DNA from: Tubulanus polymorphus | Lineage: Eukaryota; Animalia; Nemertea | Assembly: GCF_964204645.1 (NCBI RefSeq) | Contig: NC_134026.1 | Location: 28,058,150-28,122,149, forward strand | Direction: 5' to 3' | DNA: 64,000 nucleotides | Shown here: positions 23,801-42,880 of the stretch, piece by piece | Position numbering within the stretch: position 1 is the stretch's first letter | How the letters are laid out: each line of letters starts with the position of its first letter | The notes under the pieces: generated by a model | The model's input: only the letters and a program-made list of their open reading frames with translations | Told to the model about the DNA's origin: nothing | The model's database searches: none | Translations under genes and position numbers: made by a program

Positions 23801-26800
23801 TTAATATTGTAATTATCAGGTAATTTGTTCAGTAATCAGTCATTTAAGTGTTGCCTGCCATTCAATACAGCCATGTATAAAATATGCTGAAAGGGAGAAG
23901 CGAATTATTTCCTGAAACCAAAACATTAAAACATTCACATATCAGACAGATTTTTTAATAATATATACACGATATAGTAAATCTTTAACATTATCGATCG
24001 AGTACAGGGAATTTCCACCAACTTCATACATTCACTTGAGAGAAACAAAGTAGAAAATATACATCAACATCTACTCGAAAACCAAAGAACATTGAACTTC
24101 ATGACAAATAGAATTTTGAAATACTGAATAGATATTTCTCAACAAGGGGTTTATGAAGTAGATTGAAAGAAAACAATTTATCAAAATCTAACTATTCAAA
24201 TTTGTTCACGAATTAAACGTTCATTAAACCTGAAATAAATATATCATCATAATAGGCAAAAACAGAACAATCGAAAGCAAACATGGTAAGCCGAGTGTGC
24301 TTATTTATATATCATTATGAAGTGAAATACATATCATCAAAAGGGGTCAATATTGCATCAATCATTCACATTAAAAGATTAAATGCGGTTTGAACAAAAA
24401 TTTAAGGTAAAACCTGCAAAGCATTAGTAAACCTTTCCCTAGGCAATTTCAACACAAATTGACAGTTTTAATAGCATGCTTATTACTAGAAGTAGAAACT
24501 ATTTTTTTGTATCAAGAAATTTTCAAATAAGGAAAATCTATTTGTTGTGGTTGAATGTATTCGAAATTTTTTCTTAAGATAGTAAAGGCATGAAGAGGAT
24601 TATGGAAAAAAAAACATGTTCAGAAGATAATAATTCATTCTTAATTTGAGTAACTTCATTGTATTTAAAACACTGATTACAGATATAAACAACAATCTTT
24701 TTAAAGAATCTATCACTGAGGCAATAGTCTTAATAGAGAAATCAAAATGACACCATAATTCTCTTCAGAAACCTTTACATGTACCAAAATATCACCTAGA
24801 TATAAATCAATTTCACGCAACGTACCTTCTCTTTTTGATTGGCGCGTTCTTCTTTTTCACGACGACGAAGTTCCGAGCAGAAATCGCTGAACATCGATTC
24901 CCTCTCACGCATTTTATCGATGGCCTTGAAACGTTCATCTTTACCGTGTTTTGACGCAAAATCACTGAATGATGACCTGAAAATCATGATAATGATAAGT
25001 CACCAAATCACTCTATCGAAACAACTGCAAATATCTAACCTATGTTTATCTTAAATAGTTCGAGGGACTTCACCATTTTTTTTCAGTAACAGTGTATGTC
25101 TTAAAATGGCCTAGAAACTCTTGGACTGAACCATCTTTTTATAACCATAGATCCAGCCCATACGCAAGACATTTAGTCATTACTTAACTTACTTTCCATG
25201 AAGTTTAGCTTCCTCCATCAGCTGCTTGAACGCATCTCGCTTCTCGCGTAATTTATTCTTACGTTCACGTCGTTCTTCTTCAGCGCGTTCTTTCACGTAC
25301 TGCTCGAACACCTGTTTACGTTCTTTAGAAGTGAGCAGAAGATACCGCGGATCGAATACAATCTTGTGCAGTTCTTTCTCCCACGTAGAGAATGCGGATA
25401 CCTTGAAGACAAATACAATATCAACCATACATAGAATTTGAGTGCGGGTTGAGAAAAATTCGATTTTTGACTAGGAGATTCTTACCTCTTTCTCAGCGAG
25501 CATATCTCGAAACTGTTTCATTCTGATTTCAAGTGGAACTACTGCGCGTTCCCTGGCAGCTTTAACTTCAGCTTCGATAGCTGCCTCTTTACCTGCATCG
25601 ATCAACTTCACTTTCTCATTAGCTTCTTCTTCAATTCTATAACGAATTTCTGTACCTTCAGTACCTCATTGTTTATTTATTTGAGAGAAAGATTATAGTA
25701 TTTGACTCACTTTTTCTTTTTAATCGCTCTTTGTTCTGTTTCCTCTTCGTCCTTTCTTTTATTCGATGCTAGAGTGAACAGAAGTCGAAGAATAAGATTT
25801 TCTTCAAAATGAGTCACAACATATCTTTAGCATTGTGAAAAGATACTTACAACTAGATGAAGAAGTGGCTGGGCTGCTAGACGTGTTTTGCGGAGGCGGA
25901 TTTGCATCCGGTGCCGCTTCTAACATTTTCTGAACGTCAGCTCGACCAGCAAGATCTTCAGGCGTTTCCCAAACAGATGTACGTTGACTCGGATTATAAA
26001 AGAACACGCGCCCATCCCCGGTCCAAACAACACACCTGCAAAGTTAATTCATGAGCGTTTCTTCAGTAAGATTTGGAAAAGAGGATTTCAAATGTGGCAC
26101 GTTTTCAAAGGCTATGAACTCACCAAGGAGTTCCTGATACGGGACTACTTGATACAGGCTTAGCGCGTTCTGCAGCTTTCTGTTCTTCTGTCAATTCTAC
26201 TTCTTTCTCTTCTTCCTTCACCTGAATTACAGATATTCTATAGCAATCTCCATTTCATTAAAATTCAATTCTCTTAAGAACTGTTACAATATATGATTTA
26301 AAACCTCTTCCACTTTTTCTTCTTGAATCGGTAGGTCCTCTTCCATAGGTTCATGATGGTTCATCGATGAATGAGATCCATTGACGACCGTCTCATTCTG
26401 TATGACTTGTTCTTGAGAATTTGCAGCTGTGTTGTTAGCAGCCGCTGCCGCCGCGGCTGCAGCAGCAGCAGCTGCAGCAGTTGCCTGCTGTATTTGTAAT
26501 TGCTGATGGTATGTGGTCATTGTGTCTATAATTAAATGATTAAACTGCTAAATATCTATCGGGTAGTTGCTTAAAAAGCGCAATTTGAGGCGACTAGTTT
26601 AAGCTTACCATCCCATTTGACAAGAATTTCAGGTTTGTCCCAGGTCGTAATCTGCGTTTTAACATTATAATAATAAGGTCGACCCTCTGGGGTTTTATAT
26701 TCAAACCAGTCAGCTGCCTCTGGGGGTTTCTGCGGAGGCTTTAATTCTGGTATCTTTGACTACAAAAAGAAATGATCATGAAAGTGAGATAATGTTTAAA

Positions 26801-28788
26801 TATTTACCTGAATTCACTGTCCGTTATATTAGATGAATTATTACCTCATTTGCAGCTGAAGGATCTGATGTTTTCTCTTCTGAATCTTTGTCATCTTCAT
26901 TCTGTTTACCCTGTGCTACATTCGGTGGAGGCATATTTGGATTATAACCCGGGGGCATCATACCAGGATTAAACCCTGGAGGGGGATACATGCCTATAGA
27001 ATGAAATTTTTGTTAAAACCCTGAAAACATTTTAGCATTTCAACGTCCTGAAAAAGAACGACTCACCACTGATATACTACTAAGATGATCAAAGCTTAAG
27101 GATTAATAAATCCTTGGCCTGACCACTCCTTTGAGATAAACTGTGCTATACAAAAGAACATTCATAGCAGAACATTGAAGGTTTGTATTTACCGCGACCA
27201 GTTGTGTGAAACTGGTTGAGTTTTTTACCTGGAGGTGGATATCCCGGGTAGCCGAATGGAGGCGGTTGTAAAGATCCGATACCGGGAGGTTTTGGTTCGC
27301 CTTCGTCAGTTGTCTCTCCATCACTAGACGATGCTTGACCTAGAAAATAAATTTAAAAAATATGAACACGGTTCGTTACTTTTATTTTCCATATCTTTTC
27401 CAGGGTCAAATATCCAAAATGTTTCTAAATGAGGAATTCACTAAGGAGACTTGAAAGTTTATGAAAATCAATACTAGGCCAACAGAACAACCACAACCAT
27501 AAATTGTCCAGATAACAATTCTAAAATTCCATTGATTTTTCCCAGTTTCTGACACATAACTTGAAAATTTCATTAATTTTCAATCCTTGAGAAAGCCATT
27601 ACTAATTTCTATCAATTTTCCAGGATTTTCAAGAATGGTGGACCCCGTACAAAATGAGCACTACCCATCGCTATAAGACTGAATCTCAATTGAATACACA
27701 CCTTGTGTACTCTGGCTGGCAGCTGTGGTAGGTCCAGCTGAAGCTGCTAGTCCACTAGATGCCATCTTTTCAACTTCATCTTGTGATATAACTTTCGCAT
27801 TTTCTGGTTTCGTCCAAGCTGATTCACGGGTTTTGGCATTATAATAATATACCTGAAATAATTAGAAATGCATTAACAACTTATTTTCTGAGTTCACTAA
27901 TCTAATATCAACAAATATAACGAAACTAACTTTTCCTTCAGCTGTTTTATTTTCAACCCACAATTCTTGTCCTGGTTCCAGTTGAATCGAAGGTCCGCCT
28001 GATGGTTGGTGATATCCTGGAGGTGGCACAGCAAAGTTTGGCGGGGGCATTCCTGGTGGAGGCATCATTGGTGGCCGCTAAAAATAGAAGTCATAAAGTT
28101 ATGAATTCGGAAATTGAATTATTGAATACATGAAAAGCGCCAGAACTTTACCATGCCAGGTGGCCCCATTCCGGGGGGCATCATTCCGGGTGGCGGCATT
28201 CCAGGAGGGGGCATACCCGGTGGAGGCATTCCAGGTGGGGGCATACCTAAAAATATTTGTGAAATTATAGCATTTTAGATAACTTTCATTTCATAAGTGA
28301 GAAAATTAGGTGAAGACATCAGATTTGTGTCGCTTGAAGCAGCATACCATATCTAGGTGGTGGGCCTCTCATTCCGGGAGGTGGTGGACCTCTCATTCCT
28401 GGTGGTGGTGGACCTCTCATTCCTGGTGGGGGTGGTCTACCTCGAAAACCTCTAGGACCACGAGGGCCAAATGGTGGAGGACCCCTACAAAAAGTAACAC
28501 AGTTTATCCAGACCTCATTATGATAATACAAATTCACATATAAACGCCATCTAGTGATAAAAATTAGAACTGTTAATCAGTGAGGGAAGACAAAAAAAGC
28601 TAGGGAATGCAAGCCATGTACCTCGGACCCCTTGGTCCCATCCCTCTTGGTCCACCGAATCTTTGTGGTGGAGGACCTCGGAAACCGTCAAAACCATCGG
28701 TTCTGCCTGGTGGCCCAGTAAATTCCGGGAATTCAGGGTATTCTGGATAGGTTTCGTCGCCACTATCTTGATCGGGTTCATCAGCCAT
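20847..28788 (-). CDS. TCERG1: Transcription elongation regulator 1 (CA150): Pro-rich N-terminus, 3 WW domains, FF repeats
   Basis: ATG 28788. WW1 [29 protein letters not shown]2 [28 protein letters not shown]3 [29 protein letters not shown] repeats, e.g. [24 protein letters not shown]-terminus [15 protein letters not shown], stop 20847-20849. More than 20 GT-AG exons. Confidence 0.97.
27401..27647. mobile_element. Degenerate MITE-like insert in a TCERG1 intron
   Basis: CAGGGTC..GACCCCG ends, TTTTCCAGG-type internal repeats, intron enlarged relative to neighbours. Confidence 0.35.
28352..28436 (-). repeat. 24-bp coding tandem repeat x3 (PPPPGMRG) in TCERG1
   Basis: ggtggtgg(a/g)cctctcattcc units visible on the + strand. 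Confidence 0.85.
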
Positions 28789-29009
28789 TTTGGATAAGCG
28801 TTCATCCGGTATTCACGGATTGGGACAGCGGATTCCGAAAACCGCATGGGCAAATGTCATTTCGAACGTGTATTTTCAAAGATTCACAAACTTTTGTTCA
28901 TGATTTAATCTCCATTTTATTAGAATTATCAAAGCCGAGTATCTCGAGTATATTTGCAATACTTCAGAAGTGATTGCACGCACCAATATGACGTGTGACA
29001 AATCCATGA

Positions 29010-34333
<5,324 letters not shown>

Positions 34334-35749
34334 TTAGTATGCATGTGAATTTGTATGATAACTGTGTTTCCCTAGTCTTTCAAATAAGTGTAATGACTGT
34401 ATATGGTAACAAATCAAACTTGCTCAACTTCTGAAGGTAAAATAATGTTGGCTTGCAGTGTAACTTAGGTACTGTAACAGTCAAATCCAACCATTTGCTG
34501 TTACTAGCGGTCAAGGAAATACTGACATTTCCAGTTGACCTGGAGACACATGCTATGTCAGACTAACAGTAGCTACTTCAGGAACTTCACTAGGCTGCTA
34601 TTGACACTGAAATGTCTGCTACCACTGTCAATCACACTGTGAGCAGACGCCCTTAAATTTGAATTCTAGAAATGATTGCGAAATCAGTGTGGCTTGTATA
34701 ACAACTTATCAAGCAAGTTATCAATCAGTACAAACAAATTGTTATCGTATCATATTTTTTCGTGGGACTCATTGGAAATAGAAATAAACGGTCTGGTCTG
34801 AATGGTATGAATTGCCCTATTCTATGTCTATATCTGCATCCATTTCAGTCAAAATTATTTTCAATGATCTCGGTTGTTATGTAATTTAAGTTATGCTTGT
34901 AGAGGTAATTGTTATATTGAATATATGAATGCTGATGAGCATTCCGAAATTTTTTGATCTAGGGAACACATTGTGTGGATCTGGTTGCGTGGCAATCAAG
35001 GTGCTGAAGTAAACATGTGATATTCTGCTGAGAACATTAAATATTTTCAGGGTTACGATTGCCTAATGAATGTTAGTGACTTATAAACCTGGACAGGTTG
35101 ATTATACTGCATGTGAATGTCAAAACAATTCTTAACTTGTCTGTAAAATAGTAAAGTACATGTATTGTTAAAAATTGACATAAAATCTGTTCCTAATCCG
35201 TGAAGAAGCGCTTAGTTCAAAACGGTATTTTAGGATCAACGTTTGAAATGGCAAAAATTCTGTTATGCTAGTCAGCTGTACCTGTATTGAAATCTGATGA
35301 TTTATCCATATGTTGGTTGAATTATAAAATTATTTCTGTTAGCATTGCTTCATGCGGTTTGAAGAATATGGGCTTCATGTATTTCGCATCTATGCATGAA
35401 GTTCACATGTTTTGTTTTGCCGTCCCCATCTTGTCCGAATATTCCATCGAATGCTTACTGAAACTTTCAGTCTTGAATATTATTGAGATGTTATAACCCA
35501 GCCACACACAAGATAATGAGCCTATTTTCTACAAAATATGCATCCACCTTAAACGATTTTGCTCATGATTCCGCCAATATTGGTGGCAATATTTGCTTAC
35601 AGATCATCGATTAGTGTGAGTTGGGAATGAACAGATATTATACGCTGCAGTCATCAAAACAATGTTGCATGGGTAACGTACTTAGATTCAGTAATTGCTC
35701 GTAGTCATTCAGTTCTGATGAGTGATTCATGTTATAGATTACCTAACTA

Positions 35750-35815
35750 GGGTTCAGTTTCATAGACTACGTATGAAGTTTATGCCCGAGTTCAGATCTA
35801 TGAAACTAGCCGCCT
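35750..35815. mobile_element. Very short MITE-like hairpin related to the inner element at 56327
   Basis: AGTTTCATAGA (35756-35766) / TCTATGAAACT (35797-35807); same GTTTCATAGA core. Confidence 0.5.
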
Positions 35816-36619
35816 AGAGGAGTTAGTATCAATGTTAGCGCAGTTTCATTACTTATAAAAAAAGTATAACTTTCATTGATTGATACAACTGCATATATAT
35901 GTGATGAATCTGTAAATATTTCATTGATGATTTTCAAAATGTTTTACATTTGTATATTTTGATCTTGGATTGCACATTCGAATGTTTTTTGCTATCCTGC
36001 TGGGTAAATTAGACAATCTTATTATCGTGCAGGCATAATACGCATACCCGGTAGTTATTTTCAATCAAATTTAAATAGTTTCTTTCGTTCCCAGTCGACT
36101 GAGGGGTGAATATTGAAGCTATTATCATCGATATTTCGAATTCTAGAACGTGTAATACTGTGAATGAAAATGTTTAGGTTATTAATAATATCAGTTATTA
36201 CATTTGAAAGCACTCAATGTTTAATCGGGTCACAAGCTTGGCTAATTAAGCTTTTAGATAGAAAAGCAGATTCATTTCACTTATGTTTCAATCTTTCCTT
36301 TTTCTTCTTCAAATGTGGATATCACCTTCGATAGTACAACGTAGTAGCATTTCCTTGCTTCATGTGCATGACATGATTTCTATGACCAATATATTGTAGT
36401 AAGAATACTAAATGATTGAAAAACATTCTGTTTATTGAAACAAATTGATATATTGTAAAATATGCCTTCATAATGTTTACTTGTAATTAAATATTCTATT
36501 TATATTATTTTCATCAATGTTTAACTGTCAAACCCACCCAATGATGGGTAACATTTTTTTTACAATAAAATGTGGAGGTTATTGAAGAAGTGAATGTATA
36601 ATGTATTGTTCTTTATTTC

Positions 36620-38976
36620 TCATTCTTCTTTCGAAACGGGTTTCGGAACCTGTTCTGGTGCTGGTTTATCAGTTTTCCTGTAGAACTGATGTCCTTTCTT
36701 ATTTTGGATGTGATCATACTTTGAAGATTTCAAGATATCCGTGGAGCAGTCTTTGACGAAGTCTTGTACCACACATACTTTGGGTTGCTGGCCTTTGAAG
36801 GTATCCTTGCAGATTGTAAGATGATCCATGGGTTTCGGATTATCTGATGATTTCTGTACCGGAGGACGGCATATGACTGCTCTTGGTGCGTACTCGCCTA
36901 AAATGATAACAGAGGTTGTAAAATGATGCCCCGAGATGAAATCTGTAATGATGAACATGAGGGTATATATAATGATATATTGAAAACATCTTTGCCACAG
37001 AACGAACAATGCGCGGCTCAATGTAGATTTCATCCCACGAAGTAAGTTTTCAAATTTGTAAAGGCTAGCCAAAGACAGACGATTATCATTGATAGATTTC
37101 AGCACCTTTATAATGACTTCTCTGAATCGATGCGCAATCAAACTTTTCGACAGGTTCCTTGTATTCGTGCACTTTTTTGAAGGAAGCTGGTCTGCATACA
37201 TCCTTCCATTCAATGAAATTTTCTTTGTAATGAGAAGAACTGTCCATGGGACCCCTATTCCTCAACGGATGGTCCTCGCTGATAGGAATGATAGCCTGAA
37301 CACGCACTGCGTCTTTTATCCGCTCGAAGTCGTTCTAAATATGTATATATATATTAAATACGAATATTTCAGCAATTTTTTGTAAATTGAAAAAAAATCT
37401 TATAAGAATAAAGAACGTGTAGTACCGTATACATGGTAGTGAAGTCCATTTTTTGATTTGGCTTCTCATAAGGTTTGCGTTGACCCCATTCCGGTTTTGG
37501 TGGTTTCGGTGCTGACCAGGGTTGATATGCCATTCTTTGAATCGTACAACCATCGAAGGGAGTTTTGCTGCCTACGAAAGTTGGACCCCTATTCGCCGGT
37601 TTAAAGCAGGGTTGTCTTCTTTGTCCAGGATGTGGTTTGAAATCGGCCATAAACGTTGTTAATCCCTCAAATTTCTGTTGGGTTGGTCTATATTCGTTTT
37701 TCTTACATTCTATATATGAAAATAAAGATTGTCAATATTTCCCAATTTTTCAAACTCAAACACATATCGAAATGAAATAAAACAAAACATACGTGTACGT
37801 GCTACTGGTGTTTTTGGCTTAAAGTCTTGTTTATAACTTGTCATGTCATCAAATTTCGATGAGTCTTTTGTGTTATTTTGTTTCGGTCTTATTGGTTGAA
37901 CTCTGGTGGTATCTTTGTGTTGTTTGTAATCGGCCTTAAAAGTAAAACAGAATTTTCAAAATTCTATCGGAGGTGGAAGAGCTCCAATTATTCCTTTATG
38001 TGCTGTTGTTCCAAATACCTGAACTGTAGAAATGGCATCAAATTTTGAAGTACTATCATTCACTAATTCTCCCGGTAACTTCATAGGGAGAGACCGACAT
38101 TGAGCCATTTCATTATTACTATAAGGAATATAGGTAAGTTGATTGACTGTGTTGGTAGTGAAATTCCCACCAGGACGATTGTACTCCGATTTTGGCTTGA
38201 TGAGAGCTGCTCTTCCACTCGCCTAAAAATAATTGCTCAAATCACACCTCTGATCATATAAAACTTTTGTTGGAACGAAGGTTTTCTCACTTCAATTGAA
38301 GAAAGATTACACTATTATTTTGTAACCTTTTTATAGTAGTCCTGGTTGTATATAGTCACCAAGTCCATACATTCACACGGCGCTTCATATTCTGTTTTAG
38401 GTGGACATTGTCTCTGGGATACCTAGAAAAAAAATCCGTACAGAACTCGCCTGCTCTTTGATACATTCCACATTTAAGATTTGAAATAAACTTAGACCTC
38501 GTGAACTTTGAAATCTTCCGTGTAATTAGTTTTGCACATCATTTTTGATCTGTCTTCTCCGTATCCCAGATTTTCTAATCCATCCTCTCGTTTCGGTCGT
38601 AAAGTTATTCGCTTTTCAAGGGGCCGAGGAATGTAAACCTAACCATCAGACAAAAACAAAACTGATATCACAATTTCCTTATATTCATACCCCAAAAATA
38701 AAAAAAACAACTTACTGACTGATATTCGGTGCAGGATTTACAATCGGTAGCGTCCTTTCGTTTTGCCCATGTACCATCTTTAGGTTTGGCACAGCGATGA
38801 CGCCTAAGGTATGAATTACGATTTCAGCATTTTATAAGAAAAATTAAGGTAAGGAACGTAACTTCTAAACTTCTAAGTAAAAACAGTTGGAAACAGTAAA
38901 GATGCATTGGGGAATAATGTGGGTTGTCAAAAACCTACCCACAGGAGCACATCTGACAAATACATTGTGCCAACAT
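36620..38976 (-). CDS. SAXO2: Stabilizer of axonemal microtubules (SAXO1/2, FAM154 family)
   Basis: ATG 38976, MLAQCICQMCSCG|RHRC (SAXO N-terminal Cys motif). Repeated Mn-like units ending T-x-Y/x-x-x-D-F/Y (TNYTEDF, TIYNQDY, TSYKQDF, TTFMADF, SHYKENF). About 9 exons, last exon 36898-36620. SAXO1 versus SAXO2 cannot be distinguished. Confidence 0.88.
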
Positions 38977-39015
38977 TTTTGCACTTTTTACACAAAGCTC
39001 TATTTCTTCTCTTGC

Positions 39016-39063
39016 ATTGCCAATGGATACTGTAAATCGTGGTTGCTGAGATTCCATGGAAAC
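39016..39063. promoter_or_regulatory. Two RFX X-box-like motifs upstream of SAXO
   Basis: ATTGCCAATGGATAC (39016-39030) and GATTCCATGGAAAC (39050-39063) resemble GTNRCC-N(0-3)-RGYAAC and lie 40-90 bp upstream of a ciliary gene's ATG. Confidence 0.5.
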
Positions 39064-40501
39064 GCAGTGGGGCATGTATCCAAGGCTTTCATTTCACATT
39101 TGTCAAATTTGGAATTTACTAACCCGGTAAATAGCAGAATAAGTGTAATTTCATATCCGTTGACTAAGCAGTTGCATAAATTCCTTGACTTTTTGAATAG
39201 GGGCAATCCTCGGCGTCATCCAAATGAAATAATTCCACCAAAAAGTCAGATGCAAGACTCGCGTTGTAACCTGTTACAAGGAATTTTGCTTCCCAATTAT
39301 ATTAACGCAATTTGATTGCACCATATTCTTATCAAAGGATTGTAGAGTACCCTTTCAAATTTCTTTTGGGCGAACAGGGAAAATGACATTCGTCGTATAA
39401 ACAAACAAATACTGGGTTGGTTGCGTACCTTTTGTTACTGGGTTCGAACTGGACGCGATAGCACGGAAAACCCTTCCATAACAACAAAAAACAAGATGGA
39501 ATTTATTACTCAAAAACTTTTTATTTTCGTAGATATATATCATACAAATGCTTTCGATTATTAAAACAAACGGCAATGTTTCATTTTTGTTATCAAGTAA
39601 TAATAGACTACATGCATATTTACAATATTTTCTATATATCTACAATGAAGCAGGTTTCTATAGGTACGCGTAGTCTAAATGGTATTTACACGTGTAAAAC
39701 ATAATCATCATTTCTGCAAACATGCAGAATTCTCTTTAGGCACAAAAACGGATTCTCAAACACATACGATCACTGGCACAATTTCCATATACAACATGCA
39801 CATAATTATTAAGGTTTTAAGACATATCATTCAATGAACAATTAATCTAATCCTTGACTTAGCCAATTAGATCTATTGGTGCTAGAGAGGTCCACCAGGA
39901 ATATAAATATTTTCACTAAATCAGCACATCTCTTACTGCGATTCTATGTTAATTACAGCAAAATGAGTATTTCAGGGGTGAGATTGGTGTTTGCATAGTG
40001 GAATTTTCACGTTTTTTTCTGCGTTGTCATTTCTTACTCTTTTCTACTGTTTGAACCAGAATTTTTTTACATTTTTCCACATTATGATTTCAAAGTATTA
40101 ATATTTTTTACATAAAGTATTGCGAGAAACAGCGGTCAACTGTATGTAGCCGTAAAACAGAGCTTAGCTGCCGTGATGACAAGATGCAAATGCATCGTGG
40201 TCTATGAAATTGATGTTCCAAAACAAAACAAATGGCCTCAATGAAGAGGAGCACAAAAGATACATATATGATATTATGTGCTTCTAAAGGCAGGCCAGAA
40301 AAAGGAAGAACATTCAGCACAAATTTTCCGCATACGAAATCACACTTTTTCCATCACTTTTCAGAGGAATTTCAACTTTTATTTTAGAACTTATCACATT
40401 TTTTTTCCACAGCAATCTCACCCCTGGTATTTCAATAAAAATACCGTATTAAAAAACGAAAAAACATATTGCACCAGATTAAAATGCAAATGTAGCAATA
40501 T

Positions 40502-42094
40502 TTAAAGAATTGTACAGTTAGGATTATTTTGGCTAGGATCAATATTACTCTTACTGCAATCATCTTCAACATCTCCATCATCTTGTTTAGTTTCAACTGA
40601 TCTTTTAGTACAAGGGATATAATTTTCACCTTCATTTTGCTCGAATTGGGTTTGATATTTTGCCACTGGTGTTTTAAATACTGCTGTAGTATTTGGTGAC
40701 TCAATTGTGTCAGGTGTTAAAGGAGTATTATCATGTTCAGTGCTATTTGGCAGTTTAGCAACAGGTGTCATGAAAACTTCGGGTGTTTTGAGAGCGTGTA
40801 TTTTATTCGGCTGAATTCTACCAGGAGTAGGAACTCTTCTCAAACGGGGTCGATTTGGAGGAGTCTCAAAATTAACATCTGGGCTCCTGATTTGAACCTT
40901 CTTTATCTTACTAAAAGTTGATTTATCTGCACAAGATTCCAAACGGGTTAGCCCGATAACTACATCTTTAGATATAACAAATTCATCATTTATAGGCAAT
41001 CTTTGCTCTGGCAGCGGGAAGGGATCTACGCTTTTATTTGGCTTAGAAGCACATTCTGAAATATTTTTAGGGAGGTATGATTTTGTAACATCAACAACAA
41101 GCTCATCAGAATCATTGATACTTTCATCATTATTTGATGGTTTACATTTAGAATCACTATTAGATGTAGTGATAGTGACAGTGCGTCGAGTTCTCGTTAC
41201 GCGTGTTGGTATTTTAGTTATTTCAACCAACTCTTCATCCGATTTCACTTTTCTTCGTACATTCGTTGGTTTCTTTCTTGGCTTCGATGCTTCTAGATAA
41301 TAAAATTTGCGAAGGTTTTACAGCAGCTGGGTCCTACGTAAATATTTGTCGATAAACAACAACAAAGACAGATTTGACGAAGAAAATGATATATTTCTGA
41401 AGACATTGATGTATGGATAAGGTAAATCGGTACATTATTTACCAAATTACGGACCAAAACATCGCACAGAGAGGAGGTTTGACAGACAGTAGTTCAGATG
41501 CAAACATATTTCAACCCTCGTAAAAAACTTACTCGAATCATCCGTTACAGAAGCTTCATCTATTTTAGACAATAAATTCTGCCCGTTTCTGTTGAATACT
41601 GATATCCTTTTGTTCTTTGCCTTAACAACACAGCCTGGTGAAGGGGCAGGTTTATATACTGATCTACGTGTACGCCTTGGTGATAATGAAATAGCTGGCT
41701 CAATGTGCATTACTGAAGACCTTCAATAAAACAAACTTGAATTAAACACAAATCATTCTGTTTATTGAGACTGATTTGAAGTTTGATGTTTAGCCTACCT
41801 GCGCGTACGCCTCCTCGGAGGAGAGGGACTAGGAAGAGTAAATAGATCCTCACTAGGAGAATGCCATCCAGGGGTTTTTGGTGGTTTTTTATTTGTTGGT
41901 TTGATGGGTGTCTTCATGTCAAACCTGATAAGAATATAAATGGTCATGTTATAAGTCATGTATATACAGTTGAATTAAAGTAGTGAGTAAAACGTTTCAC
42001 GTTCTGAACAAATAGTTCAAAGACTGTCAATTCATTGATACCTTTTTTGGTTTGCTTGATCATGTTTCGAAATTCCACGAAGTCTCGACGGCAT
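40502..42094 (-). CDS. Uncharacterised disordered S/T-P-rich protein (~385 aa) ending in CaaX box CTIL
   Basis: Four phase-consistent GT-AG exons: 42094-42042 (MPSRLRGISKHDQANQKR), 41924-41799, 41720-41533, 41292-40502. Reading frame is continuous to ..NNPNCTIL*. No family recognised. Confidence 0.8.
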
Positions 42095-42880
42095 TTCTCA
42101 GGTAGGCCTATTCAAATCTACAAAAAGATTACAAAATAGGCTTAATAGATAGAGAACATAATAAAGATTTCATGGCTGTACCCTTAATCTAGGGGGGGGG
42201 TTCAGAGAAACTTGAAAAAAGCAGTTCTATAGGATACAGGCCTAACAATAATGTTTGGAAAAAGGGGGGCACTTATCCAAAATTTCTGTGAGGGGTAACT
42301 TCTCCCCTTCTAAATCCGGCCCGGCCTTAAGGCTTATGATTGAATGAATCTGGATTTGTCGTCAGTGACAGTGGCACGTGTGGTCAGCAGCGATGAGAGA
42401 GGGTGCTCAAGGTTAGTAAAAACTAGGTTTGCATTGGCCATTGATAGGAGGGATGGTGTACACCCAGTCGATTTTCATTCTTCAAAATAATCACAAAAAA
42501 CTGTTTTTTGTTGCCAAAATTTCTTTCATTTTCTTCAGGTTTGTTGAACTACATAATTTGTGCGAATGCAATATCACACTGTGACTTACTTAATGCATTA
42601 AAATCTTATTTGGATATCATAATTTAGATGTTTATTTCTACCTTTGGCTTTGTCAATGTTATTTTTTCTTCGCTACGAATAAATTTTCTGTTTAAATTTT
42701 CCCAACGATCCACAGTGTCTATTCAACCGAAAATGAAATTCAATTGACTTTATTCTCAAATCTGATACCTTGCAAGTTCCCATCTCAAATCAAACTCTAA
42801 TATATTTCAAATTTTTAAATGTTAAGATTAATATCTTTATCAATATCATAGGAATAATACGTTCATTGATATAAAACAAG

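Noticed and set aside
36899-37105. Apparent frameshift/premature stop in SAXO (ORFs 37086-37307 and 36620-37213 in different frames)
   Set aside because: Resolved by a phase-1 GT-AG intron (AAAG|gtgctg ... ttttag|GCGAG); not a pseudogene.
42042-42063. ATG at 42063 as start of the CaaX gene
   Set aside because: Splicing gives an immediate TGA in exon 2; ATG 42094 gives the continuous frame.
42170-42330. G-rich/CTAAATCCG segment resembling a MITE; similar stretch at ~21775-21920
   Set aside because: Termini too degenerate to define TIRs or a TSD by eye.
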